Shown piece by piece: positions 60,335-64,000 of a stretch of 64,000 nt of DNA. The stretch's first letter is position 1; each line of letters opens with the position of its first letter. Below the pieces are notes generated by a model. That model was not told the origin of the DNA. It made no database searches and saw only the letters and a program-made list of their open reading frames with translations. The stretch comes from the human T2T-CHM13v2.0 reference genome, Homo sapiens. A program made the translations under genes and the position numbers. Location of the stretch: NCBI RefSeq assembly GCF_009914755.1, contig NC_060934.1; one strand, given 5' to 3'.

Positions 60335-60606
60335 GGCTGGGCACATTGGCTCACACCTATAATCCCAGCACTTTGGGAGGCTGAGGCAGGGGAGTCACCT
60401 GAGGTCAGGAGTTCGAGACCAGCCTGGCCAACATGGTGAAACCCTGTATCTACTAAAAATACAAAAATTAGCTGGGCATGGTAGCAGGCCCCAGTATTCC
60501 CAGCTACCTGGGAGGCTGAGGCAAGAGAACCTTTTGAACTCAAGAGGCAGAGGTTGCAGTGAGCCGAGATCGTGTCACTGCACTTCAGCCTGGGCAACAG
60601 AGTGAG
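60335..60606 (+). mobile_element. Alu (AluSx-like)
   Basis: Full dimer running into a purine tract. Confidence 0.9.
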
Positions 60607-60747
60607 AAAGAGAGAAAGAGAAAGAGAAACAGAAAGAGAGAGAGAGAGAAAGAGAAAGAGAGAAAGAAAAGAGAGAGAGAGAGAGGGAGAAAGAGAAAGA
60701 AAGAAAGAAAAGAAAGAAAGAAAGAAAAGAGAGAGGAAGAAAGAAAG

Positions 60748-60818
<71 letters not shown>

Positions 60819-60840
60819 AAAAGCAAGCAAGCAAGCCAGC
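60607..60840. repeat. Long GA-rich polypurine tract with (GAAA)~18 STR
   Basis: Nearly pure purine from 60607 to 60823, with a perfect GAAA run at ~60749-60820. Confidence 0.95.
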
Positions 60841-60877
60841 CAATCCGGCAGCACAAGAGTAAAACGTCACGATCCCC

Positions 60878-61403
60878 TGTGAGGGTCCATTGTGTGTGTC
60901 AATGTGCCTGGCCATGATGCTCAGATATTTGGTCAAACATTATTCTGGGTGTTTCTTGGGGTGTTTCTGGCTGACATTAGCATTTGAATCAGCAGATTGA
61001 GTAGAGCAGATGCTATGGGTGGGCCACATCCCATCCATCGCAGGCCTGTATAGAACAAGAGTCTGATCCACCCCCAAGTGAGGGAGAATCCCTCCTGCCT
61101 CACTGCCTTTGGGGGATGATGGCTTTTTCCCACCTTCCAACTCTATCTGAAATATTGGCTCTTCCTGGGTCTCGAGCTTGGAGGCCTTCAGACAAGAACT
61201 ATTCCACCAGTTCCAGTTCTCAGGCCTCAGGCTAGGACTGGAAATTACACCATCTTCCACCATCAGCTCTCCTGGATCTCCAGCCTGCCAACTGCAGATC
61301 TAGGGACTTGTCAGCCTCCATCATCACAGGAGCCAACTCCTTGGAACAAATCTCTCAATATCACCATCCTACAGGTTTTGTGTTCCTGGAGAACCCTGAC
61401 TAG
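60878..61403 (+). mobile_element. MLT2-family (MLT2C/D-like) solo LTR
   Basis: cagatatttggtcaaacattattctgggtgtttc...gactggaaattacacc...gggacttgtcagcctcc...ctggagaaccctgacta. Confidence 0.8.
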
Positions 61404-63070
61404 TCCATATGCCAAATAATTTCAATCTGCTACTAACCCAGATTATTCAAGTCCCAGATACACCAGTTAAGAGCTGTATGACCTTCAGCAAGTTACTTTT
61501 CCTCTCTGATCCTCGGTTTCCACAGGGACAAGAACAGTCCCCACCTCACAGGCTTGCTAGAAGTCTTAATGTAAAACCTGTACAACAGCACCTGAGACAT
61601 AGTCAGCCCTCTTAATATTTGCTGTTATTAAGAAGATGTTCAGGCATAGAAGTACACAGATTAAGGCTAATCTATACAACACAGGGAAAACTGGAAGTGT
61701 CAGGAACACTAGAATTTCTGAGTTCCTGGAACAATTGGAAGCTGAACTTGGTCTACTTCATCACAGAGGGAAGAGATACAAAGACCATGCTGAGAACAGA
61801 TGGTGAACCTTGAAGAGCCAAAACGCATGACCTCCCTCAACAGGACTCATGTTTATGCAATGTTCTAATTAGTGAATGGGTTGTGTTGGATTTTTATCAG
61901 AATGGCAAGAAAAACAGCAATGTTTACAGCTGGGCTAGGGCAGTTAGAAAGGCTCAGAGCAGTGCAGACCAGAAACAGCACTGAGAGCAGAGCCCAGCAG
62001 AAAAGATGCTACGGCCAAGGGATCCAGCCAGCTGGGCTAGAAAAGGCAGTGAGCGTACCCCAAAGCCATATGAGCAGGCAGGTGAGGGGCTGGGTGGAGG
62101 CTGGTGGGCCCAGCACACCCAGGAAAGGGAAGCGCCAATGGGTCAGTGATGGGCCCCGCCAGGCTGGAAAGCAGCACAAGGAACACTCAGATGAGAGCAA
62201 GGTTGGAATGAACTATGCAGGGGACGACAGGCCAGCCACGGGGTCCCCAAGGAAGCCTGCGACCTGGAGGACATTCTTCTCCCATGCAACTGAGTTTAAA
62301 ACCTGGATCCACCATGCACAGGACAAGTCACTCAAGCCCTCTGTTCAGCTCTCTTTCATTCCACACAAAATATGAAGAGAAGTCTCAAAGTCACTAGCAT
62401 CGTGCCTGTAAATGAAGAGGTTCCCCTTTCTGGCCTGCCAAGATGGTCTAGCATGCCTGCTCACTTCGAGGATTTCTCCAGGATCAACTCCTCTGAAAAA
62501 GATCCCCTATTGGACTCTCCATGAACCTCTTGATATTACATAGCCATAGTATGTAGGCTGGTGAACATGATAACCTCCCTCCCCACACATAAACACACAC
62601 ACACACACATGCAAACCACACATACATATGTGCATGCCTATGAAGTCCTTAAACTCAGGGACTATGCCTATTTGTTTCTCTATTGATAAATGTGATATCT
62701 AGTGTGTGGCAGAGCTCACAACCGTGTACTAAATGAGCACATACTTCCTTCTAAAATTCTGGTCGTGTCCCCCTCATCAGTTGCAGTCTTTGCAGGGCTT
62801 GGAAAGCACTGCTCCTTCAGGAGAGGGCTTTGTCCTCGTGCCCCCTCCCCCAGGGTCATGTCCTGAGTGTGTGAGCCTACTCAGAGGACTGGCCCACACT
62901 AAATCCATGGGCAGGACCCATGTGGGCAGCTGTGGGAAGCCACATGGTTTTATTCCTCTCATCATTCGAAAATAGAGGCAGCTTAATGGAAAAAAAAAAA
63001 TCCTACAGAATTTAAGATCCTTATTTTTAATAAAAGCATCTGCTCTCAATTCCAAGCGAAGACATATCAT

Positions 63071-63379
<309 letters not shown>

Positions 63380-64000
63380 TCAGCAATATCATAGCTTCTG
63401 GCCACGCTGACCTGGTCCACAGAGGAGAAGGTAAAAGATCTGAGTCAGATCCTTGTGTGAACCTGCGTAAGGAAAACACTAATTTATGTAACAAAATGAC
63501 ATGAAATATTAGGTTTCAAATTCTATTAAACCACCAAGGAAATGCACAAAAACCCCTGGTGGGCGTCATTTGGAAGACAAAATTGTATCTCTGGATGAAA
63601 AAGATATTTGACTTCGTTATAAATTCCAAAAAATCAGCAAGTCATAGAACACCACAATTCAGTATTATCCTAACCACAACTTGGGACAGTCTAAGACGGT
63701 GGCTGCAAACCACAAAGATATGCACCATCTTAAGGAAGAAATGATTTTCTGAGAACTCTAAGGAATATTGAATGGAGAAGAATTAACTGCAACACAGAAG
63801 TGTCCACTGGAGCTGGTACTTGTAGGTCTGACCATGAAATTCTGGCTAATGCTGGGAAGAAGAGAAAGTGGCAAATTCATGGGGACACAGGAGGCATTCT
63901 GCCAGAACCTTCTTGCCTGTTCTCACTGATATTCTCTGCCCTAAAGACCACGGTTTCACAACCTTTTTTTCTCTCATTATCATGCCCCTAAGAAGCCCTT

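Noticed and set aside
60199-60936. Longest ORF (245 aa) and overlapping FLSF/KERK ORFs
   Set aside because: Made of the GAAA repeat plus an antisense Alu. The absence of stops reflects low complexity, not a gene.

Overview
Primate (almost certainly human) genomic DNA that is lies entirely inside SFMBT2 (Scm-like with four MBT domains 2, a Polycomb-group protein) on the minus strand. Three coding exons are present: 31662-31574 (89 nt), 29858-29612 (247 nt) and 22697-22600 (98 nt), probably exons 5-7. They splice in frame through canonical AG/GT sites and encode the second MBT repeat and its flanks. The rest is intron, with about 27 Alu copies, L1/L2 fragments, MaLR/ERVL LTRs (THE1, MLT1, MLT2, MER68-like), MER DNA transposons, simple repeats and a 5'-truncated COX6C processed pseudogene. 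Nearly all supplied ORFs are repeat-derived or chance. I found no convincing previously undescribed system. The most interesting structures are: (1) a 434-nt exon cluster bracketed by inverted Alus, the classic circRNA layout, whose exon pairs would give stop-free circles; (2) a candidate cryptic terminal exon; (3) a COX6C retrocopy that keeps ancestral residues; (4) a twin-primed L1; and (5) an Alu-L1 composite with several microhomology junctions and a 44-bp fold-back hairpin. Repeat family names come from recalled consensus sequences and were not checked with RepeatMasker.
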